A DNA stretch of 64,000 bases from Patescibacteria group bacterium (GCA_041651535.1 JBAZIZ010000003.1:19357-83356), one strand, 5' to 3'. Positions 48,101-56,560 are shown, counted from the stretch's first letter. The notes: generated by a model not told the origin, from the sequence alone. Numbers and translations are program-made.

Positions 48101-51100
48101 GATCTAGCTTCTTCTGGAATAGAATAATATTCACAAGCTCCTTTATCATTTCCTTGATCAACATAAAAACCATTATCATAACAACGTAGACAATTATTGT
48201 TTTGCCATTTTCCACCTTTTTGTAAACAAATATTTTGATTATTTATATCATCATCTTCATACATGTTCAAATCAGTTTTACGATAAAGAGAACATTGATC
48301 AGAAACAGTAATTGTTTTATTTAAACTGCGATAAAAAATATTTCCAGCATCATCATAAAGTGCTGTACAATTATATTTATCATAATCTTCCACTGCTTCA
48401 CCATTTATATATTTATTATATTTTTCTCGATTACAAGTATTGTAACTTTCATTCAAAGAAATACTACTATCATTTTCATAAGCTGGGGAACCAACTTCAA
48501 AATGAGATTTAATTTCTGCTGAAACAGAAGTAAGATTTTCAATAAAAATTTCATCTTCTGAACTTATTTTTTTCAAATTATGTTTTTTCAAAACATAACC
48601 AGTTTTATCACTACCTTCCCAAGAATAAAATACAGATGCATTTTCACCATCAGGTAATTCACATTTTTTTGTGTCTGAAAAATAAACCAAGCTATTGGCT
48701 CCATTTCCAACTTCATCAACTTTTGTGAATTCAGAACAACCAGCATAAGTTGCTTGGCAAGTTTCAGCAGTACTTGGAATAAAATATAAAGGGAAAACAG
48801 AATCTTCAAAAGCTGAAGCATTTTGTTTGAATGTATCATAACCCACACAAGTTTCTGGACACCAATTTTGTAATTCAACTTTTCCACCTATTTCTTCTCC
48901 ACTATTTACTTCAGTATAACTTGCACAACCAACTTCATCTGGTAAACAAACACCAGCAAAATCTTCACATTCTTTTGACCTATCAGCTAAATAAAGTAAA
49001 TCAGCTTTTGATTTTGGCCATTCGATTAGCGAAGTAGTTTTATCTACATCATAACAAGCTAAATAATCAGGAGCTTTTTTTAAATGAATTTGATCTTGAT
49101 AAGTACTAGATGTAGTTTCTAAAGTTTCTGGATTATAACTATATTCTTTTTTCTCCCAATTAAATAATTCGCAACCATTAGCATCAGAAGAACAAGAGTA
49201 TTGCTCAGCTTTAGAATTTAAAAACAAATTTTGATTTCCTCCGAGAGACGCACCTTTTATATCATTGTTCAAATAAAAACTATTTATCCAATTTCCAGAA
49301 TCATTTTTATTTAAACTGTAAGCTTGGCAACCAACTGCATCAGCATTACAATCTCCGTATTCTAAAGTACGTGATAAATAAGAAGCTTCATCGCCAGTTA
49401 AATTATTAGAAAAAGTCTTACAAGTATTATAAATTGGTTCACAAGAATCTCCATAAAATTTCCAAGTATTTTTTTCTTGCAAACAATAACCGTATTTTTC
49501 ACATTTGCCATTATTATCTTCTACTACGCAAGAATCATAATCAATAACTTGTTCTTGGCGAGTATTTGTACCATCCAAAATTTCTGAACTGTAGGTTTTT
49601 AATTTTATTCTAGCTTCTGGAGCTTTGATTATCCAATTTGGATTTATAAGACCATAATAATTACCTTCAGTATAATAAGCATTTACAACTGTTTCCAAAG
49701 TTGGGTTTCCTAATTCTGTAGCTTTTTCGGCAACGATTTCAAAACCAAGAGGAATTATTCTAGCTTTACGCATTTTTTGTAAATTTGAATAACATAATCC
49801 TTTTGTATAACAATCTTTTGTTTGATTTTCATTTGAATATTCAGAATAAAATATTTGATTACCATTAATTATTCCTTCATCAATCGCTTGTTTAATCGTC
49901 ATTGGATTACCAGTATTGTATCTATTAATTACTGTTTGCCAACTGGAATCCATAACACAATTATCATTAGCAGGTTCATCTGGACAACTGACAAATTGTG
50001 AAACATAATCGTATTTTTCCAAACTCAAATTTGGTAAATCTTTTATCAAATAAGAGTAAGCATTTTCAACTGCTTTGCGATTATAATTTAAAACACTGGC
50101 GTAAGGATTTGTTACTGATTCTTTCCCTGATTCTTTGCTAGTTGGGAATAAACCATCTTGTAAAATATTTTGTGCTAAAGTTGAAACAAAAGTATTAGCA
50201 AAAGTAGAAATTGCTGTTGGAATAATTTGCCAACCGCTCACTGCATACATTCCTGCCATTTGAGTAGCACTCATTTCACCCTGTTGTTTAGCTCCAACTG
50301 CTTCTGATTCAGTTTTAACTGTTTGGGCTGGGGTTTTTATTTCTCCAGAAATCACATCTTTTACAGCTTTAAAACCATCACCTTCGGCTCTTTCAGCATT
50401 TGCTGATTCAGTTGCTTTAGCGTTCAATGAATCGATATTACTTTTAGCAACTAAAACTGTTCCTAGACCACCTTGAGTTACATCCAGATTAGCGTTGAAA
50501 ATTTCAGCAGCTGAATATTTATCTTGAACATTATCCCATCCACTTTTCATTTCATTCCAAGAACAAGATGGCTGTGGACCTTTTTCACTGCCTGAACCAT
50601 ATTCATTACTATAAATATTGCTTAAACCAACTTGTAAACTTAATTGAAAATTTAAATCTGGTGGAGTACAAAAATTCATCCCCAATACTCCTTTTCCAAA
50701 ATCAGCAATGGCTGACGCTGCAGAATCCAAAGCTACATTAGCAAAATAATCTCCTGGACTTTCTTGAAAAACAGCTGGTTTTTTTCCAACTGCTGAGTCT
50801 GCTAGATAAGTTGCAGCATCATAAGCTAATTTTCTAGTAAAATAAGAAGCAGCATTTATCAAAGAACCCAAAGCAGAACTTAATAAAGTATCTAAAATTT
50901 GATCTTTTATGTCCGCTGTTTTTTCTGGCAAACTTTCAATAACTGAAACGGGAAAACCTGCTTTTGCAATTTGTGGTCTAAACATGCCAATTGCAAAAAA
51001 ATTAAAAAATAAAAAAATACTGAGCAAAATCGACAAGGAAATTTTTTTAGCTCGATTTTTTTTAAACATAATTTTGTAGTTAGTATTTATCAAAAAATAA

Positions 51101-51111
51101 AAATTTACCAT
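42187..51111 (-). CDS. giant (2974-aa) secreted Cys/Asn/Tyr/Asp-rich surface protein
   Basis: Single uninterrupted ORF. Probable start at M15 (51069), giving MFKKNRAKK-hydrophobic-AKAG signal-like N-terminus. Numerous Cys-rich modules. No recognisable Rhs/YD, PAAR or enzymatic motifs. Confidence 0.8.
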   Translation of the reverse strand: MVNFYFLINTNYKIMFKKNRAKKISLSILLSIFLFFNFFAIGMFRPQIAKAGFPVSVIESLPEKTADIKDQILDTLLSSALGSLINAASYFTRKLAYDAATYLADSAVGKKPAVFQESPGDYFANVALDSAASAIADFGKGVLGMNFCTPPDLNFQLSLQVGLSNIYSNEYGSGSEKGPQPSCSWNEMKSGWDNVQDKYSAAEIFNANLDVTQGGLGTVLVAKSNIDSLNAKATESANAERAEGDGFKAVKDVISGEIKTPAQTVKTESEAVGAKQQGEMSATQMAGMYAVSGWQIIPTAISTFANTFVSTLAQNILQDGLFPTSKESGKESVTNPYASVLNYNRKAVENAYSYLIKDLPNLSLEKYDYVSQFVSCPDEPANDNCVMDSSWQTVINRYNTGNPMTIKQAIDEGIINGNQIFYSEYSNENQTKDCYTKGLCYSNLQKMRKARIIPLGFEIVAEKATELGNPTLETVVNAYYTEGNYYGLINPNWIIKAPEARIKLKTYSSEILDGTNTRQEQVIDYDSCVVEDNNGKCEKYGYCLQEKNTWKFYGDSCEPIYNTCKTFSNNLTGDEASYLSRTLEYGDCNADAVGCQAYSLNKNDSGNWINSFYLNNDIKGASLGGNQNLFLNSKAEQYSCSSDANGCELFNWEKKEYSYNPETLETTSSTYQDQIHLKKAPDYLACYDVDKTTSLIEWPKSKADLLYLADRSKECEDFAGVCLPDEVGCASYTEVNSGEEIGGKVELQNWCPETCVGYDTFKQNASAFEDSVFPLYFIPSTAETCQATYAGCSEFTKVDEVGNGANSLVYFSDTKKCELPDGENASVFYSWEGSDKTGYVLKKHNLKKISSEDEIFIENLTSVSAEIKSHFEVGSPAYENDSSISLNESYNTCNREKYNKYINGEAVEDYDKYNCTALYDDAGNIFYRSLNKTITVSDQCSLYRKTDLNMYEDDDINNQNICLQKGGKWQNNNCLRCYDNGFYVDQGNDKGACEYYSIPEEARSCPASADGCRLYIGNTGNNLHKTFENDFEPAGDDENALSILKENWCENGSSGSCSQGDVDIKTESTYVGGHSLRVIGGTAYYNFNAGILFDNLNDDKWYELTFWAKGDIQNLNVYFSQSGNETYLTTDNLTSALRPLSINDEWQEYKLGPILVNGINTASVQLFFESNVTNKIFFLDNIRLNKVGDTADDRLAVIKDSWKTNLGYDVPEVCDNTPLDGFPGRYLGCSSYTVNSDTENDGSVINLTGFAKLCREDAIGCAKLQDTYNRNDDYGDEYYAVYNLFCNNSTGCVLDSEDNNIISSVSEFNFGFIKNPVFAKKIKISDSYDFYTLNIAGLYTKNLEIVTSTVVIPPTSEPVYLTLKNDHICNSDDIGCTEMGKESQIKAGKNYDDSYVFGDVFLLNKPELYSEILCNDSLVGCGSYSANNLISYFKDPVLAGNTLCEYKKVGNDDPAWYMSGVGSCKLDPPGLCYNSGDCPEGAMCVVVDAIGYCSYPSNMYCTEDSQCGEKGFCDKIGELPCGDLPSNGSAGYQGKVGLCDEENNGCTKFLDWADLNSDNQPKEYYNLYNDKLTSQTASCGGMVSQEQGCILLDREEYPNKLYNATSTYKNSRENDYNLVSPVSDTNNQSNLLIKVKIDRECEQYLECTSKTIEEDSDGNKVEVCANYKLQNKPDDDEKILDKNKYVERISEFAYPSWYDKDYTGYAFLNKRNLDGYKTIYLQDGNASRAYLIYESDNNSCKIPALFGSGSITKPDFSACTGKDGSSGVCYDGKCILPVDGKNETSFVGVTNEQDLIAVLSGDKIKENLYAESCKTFPEEDSPFDIRLIANFDSDKYIDCFNLNEDDEDSSEVSCGRYYFNLDDTDFNRTEWTKIKSKYDNANYYQYSSNIFTNPDDSVGFGSCLYTKVEYKDGTIDYWPLDFKQSNADYAFIPQGICSGIGEKTGDVCFIDTDCGEGGVCNKIEQQGTYYGVTGVCMEYDKSRGEKAGNKTYYPCLTWYYSDRSISQMDLYNYNPEAGYNPEGNPTEGNSDSNDFGQVFCLNSTEQGQTPEYGLGTVINGQTINDTILNNQYNLAFNRPVFTADCNDDYNSGECSFKIYNYFNRQEVAGLYFEAEEENTGGGGVVSDKYKEVINSNDEKQQYIMLNEWAKNIDTYKENRQIDLKNIRILRFDAVNDPYYTVLTNGIVKSFAPAVGQDSGEYGDVGTLIHPIRFNSSNLEITSSSYNSYNSGTKIETLGFYHDGNDSGDGEKASKFNLYNLFLSPNFKSFNGSNLNNSFIYISELENKIKEEEIAKIHIVPIEHISGAEGRTIGLLDAETFTIDFNKLRQSTNKILYAPVKNYCTGYNEKFCMASGSSTNSGLNFVSYLLEKENTVLFKNNSDFNFTYELYNDTGKNEIKTRYVGYFYSDSILNQNNSKTTLNSLCTENNCQDISLENTINKQSDPFYFGRGDSDRLNEEENATLLAIGLDFNEDGDFLGYISRFIDAHDNSDGESYGMRLAVIVELNSKCTEYGVLYDNNLLNNNTKPRTDILWSGKKGLDKTLTKNLKNATTYSDIYIETLVDSVSKIKNYSNAPFGSLTKRTDDVFKTETDLQNNKTTVIDFDRFYYFSVIDKSQIIDYDFETSGIPTKTNGLFKALDFTASDINPEYKQFTTLNEHEFITASFPNNTSFMDVFAAAYYKFDESKDKQAPGTSLIDHLSSGTGQTFFEKLYSINSPRIFGVKYDEINKKYVLGDFDNLSIDNITETSVNNSTGKKIIIKNSPFEAYLSFYAYADDDQMPIKTVILDTGKNDEVIGGSGTKGLFKNRKPYCDDEPNEIGRCSGTQITCKENSECANNSCIKNAEENFFGDATRACTPQPFLYSVKYECANEEKTELAGKQEKVGDITEEHCFGGPSTDTTLCTNLKNTLKKTYNLLDNDYYCYYQPKVQITDNWGYCNNGLYGTSPKECNKDNDKSFTKFNGYLVVLPENTEN

Positions 51112-51135
51112 CTGATAAATACTAGCTCCTATTTT

Positions 51136-51798
51136 TTAATCAGAATTATTAACTAAGCTGTATTCTTCTTTAATCAATTTTTCAGCTACACTCAGCAAAG
51201 TTTTATCATCAATTTTATTTAATTCTTCTTCACTTATCTGTCCAGTTGAAATTAAAATCGAACGCAAAGTTGCTGGGTCTTTTAACAATTCATTCATATC
51301 AATGTCATTTTCATTTCCTTCTCCTAATTGACTTTTTACCAAAAGATCGGCAGGCGTAGCTAAAGAATCATCACCTAAAGGATTTAGATCAATAGTTGAG
51401 CTACTATATTCTGCTGAATTTGAATTTATAATACTTGAACCAGTAGCACAATTTGCTCCAATCGGACAATTTGGATCTTCTCCTTGATCAATTTCCACTT
51501 TATCTTCTACACCATCAGAATCACTATCAGGTAAATAAGGACTTGTTTCATAAAAATATAACTCTTCATAATCGTTTATACCATCATGATCTGTGTCTAT
51601 TTGTTGTAATTTTGAATTTTCATCATAATCAGACAAATTTGAAGTTTCACCATTTTCTGAACTTACTTTCAAAGCATAAGGCCCATAAATATTTCTTTTC
51701 ATCTGCATAAAACCAAGCCCAACTACTAAAATTGCAAAGAAAAACAACAAAACAAAGCCGATTTTTTGCTCTTTATTTAATTTATTTTTTTCTTCCAT
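51136..51798 (-). CDS. membrane-anchored protein with thrombospondin-type-3-like Ca-binding Asp repeats
   Basis: One TM, then DTDHDGINDYEE and DSDSDGVEDKVE (DxDxDG) repeats. 24 nt upstream of the giant gene on the same strand. First ATG with sensible N-terminus is at 51798 (ORF track 51849). Confidence 0.5.
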   Translation of the reverse strand: MEEKNKLNKEQKIGFVLLFFFAILVVGLGFMQMKRNIYGPYALKVSSENGETSNLSDYDENSKLQQIDTDHDGINDYEELYFYETSPYLPDSDSDGVEDKVEIDQGEDPNCPIGANCATGSSIINSNSAEYSSSTIDLNPLGDDSLATPADLLVKSQLGEGNENDIDMNELLKDPATLRSILISTGQISEEELNKIDDKTLLSVAEKLIKEEYSLVNNSD

Positions 51799-51823
51799 AC
51801 ACAAAAAATTACTTTCAAAATTA

Positions 51824-51836
51824 TTATAACACAAAT
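51824..51836 (-). promoter_or_regulatory. extended -10 promoter motif TTTGTGTTATAAT upstream of the TSP3-like/giant gene pair
   Basis: Same 13-mer as at 3081, 23881, 38304, 39769 and 41274. Confidence 0.4.
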
Positions 51837-52091
51837 AATTAAAAAACAAAAGAACAAAAGTGCTTTAAGTGAACATCACCACGCCCACCATCGCAAGCAT
51901 AAGCTTGCTTAGGCGTTACGGGCGGAAAAGTAAAAGTTAGGAGTCAAAAATTAAAAGGAAAAAATAATTGATACGGTTTTACTATTGTTTTTTATTGTAA
52001 AAAAAATTTAAAAACAATGAACAAACACAAAAAGAAAAACAATTTAAAAAAATGACTTTTAACTTTAGACTTTTAACTTTATATTTTTGTT

Positions 52092-52910
52092 TTAAAGTTT
52101 GTTTATTTTACTAACAATAATTATCCACTCACTAAGTCCTATTTTTTCCGCTCTAACATCTTCTCTTAAACCTATTTCTTGTAAAATTTTATTGATCAAT
52201 TTTCTATCAATTTGTAATTCTTCAGATAAATTTTTAGAAACTTGTTTTCTTTTATTTTTAAAACCAGCTTTAACTACTCTAAAAAAATTTTTTTCATCTT
52301 CTACACTATTTTTTTTCAAATCTTTTTTTATAATAATTTCAATTACTGCAGAATCAACTTTTGGTGCTGGGAAGAAACTACCACGAGCAACTTTTGAAAT
52401 CAGACGAACATCCCCATAATATTTTACTGACAAAGATAATAAACTACTTTTTTTATCTCTTTCTAAAATTCTTTCAGCAACTTCCTTTTGCACCATAACA
52501 ATTATAGATTCTGGTTTTTTTTCATTTTCTAAAAATAAACGTAAAATTTCAGAAGTTATTTGATAAGGCAAATTAGCTACAATTTTAAAATTATCTAAAT
52601 TTTTTATAAGTTCATTATAATGATTTAAAACATTACCCCAAATTATTTCAATATTTGGAAATTCAATTTGTTTTTCTTGCCAATAATCTTTTAATTTTTG
52701 TTCAATTTCAAAAGCAAAAATTTTTTTTACTTTTTTAGCTAATTCAAAAGTTAAAACACCAAAACCAGGACCAACTTCTACCACAATATCTTCTTTTTTT
52801 AAATCTGCTTCTTCAACTATTTTTTTTACCACACCAAAATTTACCAAATAATTTTGACCATATTTTTTACTAGGTTTTAAATCATATTTTTTCCAAAGTT
52901 CTGACAACAT
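52092..52910 (-). CDS. rsmA: 16S rRNA (adenine1518/1519-N6)-dimethyltransferase RsmA/KsgA
   Basis: KKYGQNYLVN...VVEVGPGFGVLT motifs. Confidence 0.85.
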   Translation of the reverse strand: MLSELWKKYDLKPSKKYGQNYLVNFGVVKKIVEEADLKKEDIVVEVGPGFGVLTFELAKKVKKIFAFEIEQKLKDYWQEKQIEFPNIEIIWGNVLNHYNELIKNLDNFKIVANLPYQITSEILRLFLENEKKPESIIVMVQKEVAERILERDKKSSLLSLSVKYYGDVRLISKVARGSFFPAPKVDSAVIEIIIKKDLKKNSVEDEKNFFRVVKAGFKNKRKQVSKNLSEELQIDRKLINKILQEIGLREDVRAEKIGLSEWIIIVSKINKL

Positions 52911-53023
52911 AAAATAATTTCAAAATTATGATTTATGATTTCTGATTTTAAAATTAATTCTAAAATCTAGAATCTAAAATCTTAAATTAATTATTATAAA
53001 TTCGATTAATATTATTTAAAAAC

Positions 53024-54160
53024 TTAATTTTCTTGCTTAAGTCCAGCCTCTGTATATCGATTAGCTGCATTCCATAACATAAAACCATTATTATCATATT
53101 TTTCTATAGCATCAATCTGAGCACGAATTTTTTCTGCATCATAAACTGCTCCAATATTAAAAGCTTGAATCCATGGACGAACTTGGGTTCGTTTACTATT
53201 TTTAAAAACATTTTCTGCTTTTTTCATTCCATTATCAATTACTAAATATGGATAATCCGCAGGATTTTGTAATCCTAAATGTCCTGAAGGATAATGCGAT
53301 GGATACATCATCGGACAAATAAAATCTACCTTATCAATTGCTCCAGCAAGTGTTTGCCCAATACTCATACCATCTTGCCTTTCCATCACAAAACCAAAAA
53401 AATCAATTGAAATCCAAACTGGATAATTTTTTAATGATTCATCTAAATAAGAAAAAAAATCAGCCATAATTTCATTTTTATTTTGTGTTTGATTTTCATA
53501 AAATACTGTATTTAAATCACCATCACTCGGAAAACGTACATAATCAAAATTTATTTCATCAAAACCAAATTTTGTAGCTTCGCGTGCAATATCTAAATTA
53601 TATTTCCAAACATCTTTTTTTGATGGATCCACCCAAGACAATCCTTTGTAATCACGCCAAATTCCACCAAATTTATTTTTTATTGCCCAATCATCTTTTT
53701 TTTCTGCTAAAATTGGATCTTGAAAAACTGTTTGTCGAGCAATTACATAAATATTTTTTTCATGAAATTTTTTTATAATTTTTTTTAAATCACCAAGCAA
53801 ATTTTTTTCTAAACCAAATTCATTTACAATTGGTAAGTTACTATCATACAAAACAAAACCTGTATAATCTTTGATATCAATCACGACTGCATTAAGTTCA
53901 GTCTTTTCCATCAAATCAATAATTTGATCGGTTTTAGAATCAAGCCCCGCTGAATAAGCTGTCAGATACAAAGCTTTGACTTCTTGTTTAGGAATTTTTT
54001 GTTGTTTAAAAAAATTAACTTTTGTTAAATTAGAAAATTGCTCATTAACAAAAAAATCAAATTGATATTTAGTTAAAAACAAAAAAAATAAATTTAAAAA
54101 AACGCAAAAAAGCGTTATTAAAATTAAAAGAGAAAAATTTTTTTTGTGAAAAAAAATCAT
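53024..54160 (-). CDS. membrane-anchored putative glycoside-hydrolase-like TIM-barrel protein (COG1306/DUF4015-like)
   Basis: N-terminal TM. KALYLTAYSAG...VVIDIKDYTGF...FDEINFDYVRFP pattern of the putative-GH family; 378 aa. Confidence 0.45.
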   Translation of the reverse strand: MIFFHKKNFSLLILITLFCVFLNLFFLFLTKYQFDFFVNEQFSNLTKVNFFKQQKIPKQEVKALYLTAYSAGLDSKTDQIIDLMEKTELNAVVIDIKDYTGFVLYDSNLPIVNEFGLEKNLLGDLKKIIKKFHEKNIYVIARQTVFQDPILAEKKDDWAIKNKFGGIWRDYKGLSWVDPSKKDVWKYNLDIAREATKFGFDEINFDYVRFPSDGDLNTVFYENQTQNKNEIMADFFSYLDESLKNYPVWISIDFFGFVMERQDGMSIGQTLAGAIDKVDFICPMMYPSHYPSGHLGLQNPADYPYLVIDNGMKKAENVFKNSKRTQVRPWIQAFNIGAVYDAEKIRAQIDAIEKYDNNGFMLWNAANRYTEAGLKQEN

Positions 54161-54771
54161 AATTCTTCTATAAATAATTCCCCTTGTCTTAAAATTTTTA
54201 TTTTCCCGTCTTGAACACTGGCGATTGTTGATGGACTATGTGAAACTAATTCACCAGCGTCAATTATCAAATCTGGTTGGTCAACTTTATTAGCAAACAT
54301 ATCTTCTATTTCTTTTATTGAATAAGGATTTTGTGTAGAACTTAGATTAGCTGAAGTAGAAATAATTGGTCCACCTAATTTTTGACAAAGATCGATTGTA
54401 AGTGGATGACTTGAAACACGAAAAGCTATTGTATCATCCTCGGAAACCACACCACGTGGAAAAATATCTTTTTTAACTGTAGCCACTAAAGTTAATGGCC
54501 CAGGCCAATATTTTTCAGCTAAATAATTTAATTTTTCATTCCAATCAATTTTATCAATTATCATTGATAAATCAGAAACTAAAATAAGCAAACTTTTATT
54601 TTCTTGTCTTTGTTTAATTTTAAATATTTTTTCTACAGCTTTTTCATTTAAAGCATCCGCTCCTAATCCATAACAGGTTTCAGTTGGGTAAACTAAAGTT
54701 TTTCCATTTTTCAAAGAATCCACTATAAAATTTATATCTAATTCTTCCATTTTTAGGATATTCATAAACAC
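54157..54771 (-). CDS. tsaC: L-threonylcarbamoyladenylate synthase (TsaC/YrdC/Sua5 family)
   Basis: LVYPTETCYGLGADALNEKAVEKIFKIKQRQENKSL signature; 204 aa. Confidence 0.8.
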   Translation of the reverse strand: MFMNILKMEELDINFIVDSLKNGKTLVYPTETCYGLGADALNEKAVEKIFKIKQRQENKSLLILVSDLSMIIDKIDWNEKLNYLAEKYWPGPLTLVATVKKDIFPRGVVSEDDTIAFRVSSHPLTIDLCQKLGGPIISTSANLSSTQNPYSIKEIEDMFANKVDQPDLIIDAGELVSHSPSTIASVQDGKIKILRQGELFIEEL

Positions 54772-54842
54772 TAATTAAATGTGAATAAATTATATACAAA
54801 AATCTTGTCTTTTACAACTTTTTGACTTAAAAATCAAAAAAC

Positions 54843-54870
54843 TTGATTTTTTAAAAAAATATGCTATAAT
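54843..54870 (+). promoter_or_regulatory. sigma70-like promoter TTGATT-16-TGcTATAAT upstream of rpmF-nusB-rnc
   Basis: TTGATT 54843-54848; extended -10 TGCTATAAT 54862-54870; rpmF ATG at 54904. Confidence 0.45.
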
Positions 54871-54903
54871 ATTTTCAGTTTTATTTATCTAATTTAAACA
54901 AAT

Positions 54904-55125
54904 ATGGGACTTCCATCAAAAAAGAGAACTCCAAGATCTCGTGATGACCGTCGTTCACATCATGCGCTCAAAAAAATTACAGTAAAAACTTGTCCAAATT
55001 GTGGAGAAAAACTTTTAGCTCACAGAGCTTGTACAAAATGCGGAAATTATAAAGGTAAAAAAGTAGTTTCTGTAGAAAAAAGAGTACAAAGACAAAGCAG
55101 AAATAAAAAAGCTATAAAAAACTAG
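54904..55125 (+). CDS. rpmF: 50S ribosomal protein L32
   Basis: MGLPSKKRTPRSRDDRRSHHALK...CPNCGE...CTKCGNY zinc-ribbon L32 pattern. Confidence 0.8.
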   Translation: MGLPSKKRTPRSRDDRRSHHALKKITVKTCPNCGEKLLAHRACTKCGNYKGKKVVSVEKRVQRQSRNKKAIKN

Positions 55126-55161
55126 TTTCTTGAAAAAGAACTGGTTTTTAAAATAAAATAT

Positions 55162-55611
55162 ATGTCAAAAAGACATACCGCGAGAACAATTGTTATGCAA
55201 ACTCTTTACGAATGGGATTTTCGAGGTAATCCTTCTTCTGCTTTGCCTGCCATAATTGAACAAAATATGGCTGAATTTGGACAAGGTTTAGAAGAAAATC
55301 AAGAATATATCAAAAATACTGTAGATAATATTATTGATAAACAAACCGAAATAGACGAAAAAATCGTAAAATATGCTGATAATTGGTCTTTGGAACAAAT
55401 GACTCTTATAGATCGTAATATTTTACGTTTAGGTTGTTACGAAATATTATATAACGATGAAATTCCACCAAAAGTAGCTATAAATGAAGCTATTGAGATT
55501 GCTAAAACTTTTGGCGGACCAAGTTCGGGAAAATTTATAAATGGCATTTTAGGAGCTATTTATAAAGATTTAGAAAATACTGAAAAACATGAAAAAGAAG
55601 TTGTAAAATAA
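55162..55611 (+). CDS. nusB: transcription antitermination factor NusB
   Basis: [17 protein letters not shown]... NusB N-terminus; 149 aa. Confidence 0.85.
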   Translation: MSKRHTARTIVMQTLYEWDFRGNPSSALPAIIEQNMAEFGQGLEENQEYIKNTVDNIIDKQTEIDEKIVKYADNWSLEQMTLIDRNILRLGCYEILYNDEIPPKVAINEAIEIAKTFGGPSSGKFINGILGAIYKDLENTEKHEKEVVK

Positions 55612-55613
55612 TT

Positions 55614-56384
55614 ATGAATATAAATATAATTGATTCCTACAAAACAAAAAATTTTGCTGATTTAGAAAAAAAAATATCAGTTGATTTTGTTAATAAAAAT
55701 ATTTTAGTCCAATCTCTAATTCACAGATCTTTTTTAAACGAAAATAAAGAATTTCCTTTAGCCCATAATGAAAGATTAGAATTTTTAGGAGATGCTGTTT
55801 TAGAATTAGTTGTTACTGAATATTTATTTGAAAATTTTTTAAATCCAGAAGGAGAATTGACAAATTGGCGTGCGGCTTTAGTCAATGGTTCAATGTGTGC
55901 TAATGTTGCTCATGATTTAGAAATGGAAAAATATTTATTTTTATCACATGGAGAATCAAAAGATGCTAATACCAAAGCTAGAGATTACATTTTAGCAAAT
56001 GCGCTTGAAGCTTTAATTGGCGCAATTTATATTGATCAAGGAATGGAAAAAACTGGAGAATTTATTCATAAAAATATTATTACAAAATTACCTGAAGTTT
56101 TGGAACAAGGCTTATGGATGGATGCCAAATCAAGATTTCAAGAAGCTGCACAAGAAATTATTGGTATTACACCAACTTACAAAGTAATTAGCGAAGAAGG
56201 TCCTGATCATGCAAAAAATTTTGTTATTGGAGTTTTTTTAGATAAAGAAAAAATAGCTGAAGGAAAAGGGACAAGCAAACAAGAAGCTCAAACAAATGCA
56301 GCAGAAAATGCTTTAGCAATAAAAAAATGGAAAGGACCAAAAATAAGCATTTTAAAAAGAGAAGAAAATGATCCAATTGGCTAA
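55614..56384 (+). CDS. rnc: ribonuclease III
   Basis: ERLEFLGDAVLELVVTEYLF catalytic signature with a C-terminal dsRBD. Confidence 0.9.
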   Translation: MNINIIDSYKTKNFADLEKKISVDFVNKNILVQSLIHRSFLNENKEFPLAHNERLEFLGDAVLELVVTEYLFENFLNPEGELTNWRAALVNGSMCANVAHDLEMEKYLFLSHGESKDANTKARDYILANALEALIGAIYIDQGMEKTGEFIHKNIITKLPEVLEQGLWMDAKSRFQEAAQEIIGITPTYKVISEEGPDHAKNFVIGVFLDKEKIAEGKGTSKQEAQTNAAENALAIKKWKGPKISILKREENDPIG

Positions 56385-56420
56385 AAATTATTTAATTGCA
56401 AATAAAAAATTAAATAATAG

Positions 56421-56493
56421 GCGCCATTAGCTCAGTCGGTAGAGCAGTTGCCTCTTAAGCAAACGGTCGCAGGTTCAAATCCTGCATGGCGCA
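56421..56493 (+). tRNA. tRNA-Lys (anticodon CUU)
   Basis: Manual cloverleaf: acceptor GCGCCAT/ATGGCGC, D arm GCTC-AGTCGGTA-GAGC, anticodon loop CUCUUAA, T arm GCAGG-TTCAAAT-CCTGC, discriminator A, no encoded CCA. Confidence 0.75.
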
Positions 56494-56560
56494 CAAAAAA
56501 ACAATTTATATTAAGATTTATAAATCCAAAATCATAAATCGTAAATATTAAATTTACTAG

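Noticed and set aside
42398-49037. Numerous 60-126-aa plus- and minus-strand ORFs inside the giant gene (for example 42398..42778, 45015..45266, 47988..48215, 48588..48887)
   Set aside because: All are embedded in, and out of frame with or antisense to, the uninterrupted 8.9-kb ORF. They have low-complexity composition and no RBS.
42187-51111. Calling the giant protein an Rhs/CdiA-type polymorphic toxin
   Set aside because: No YD-repeat consensus, PAAR, haemagglutinin/FHA repeats, pretoxin motifs or recognisable toxin domain could be identified by eye. Only the cassette architecture resembles such systems, so the call is kept descriptive.
52921-53000. AT-rich tagattttagaatt arrays as a possible CRISPR array
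   Set aside because: The units are 7-8 nt, irregular and contiguous without unique spacers, and occur at many intergenic sites. No cas genes are present. They are classed as micro-repeats.
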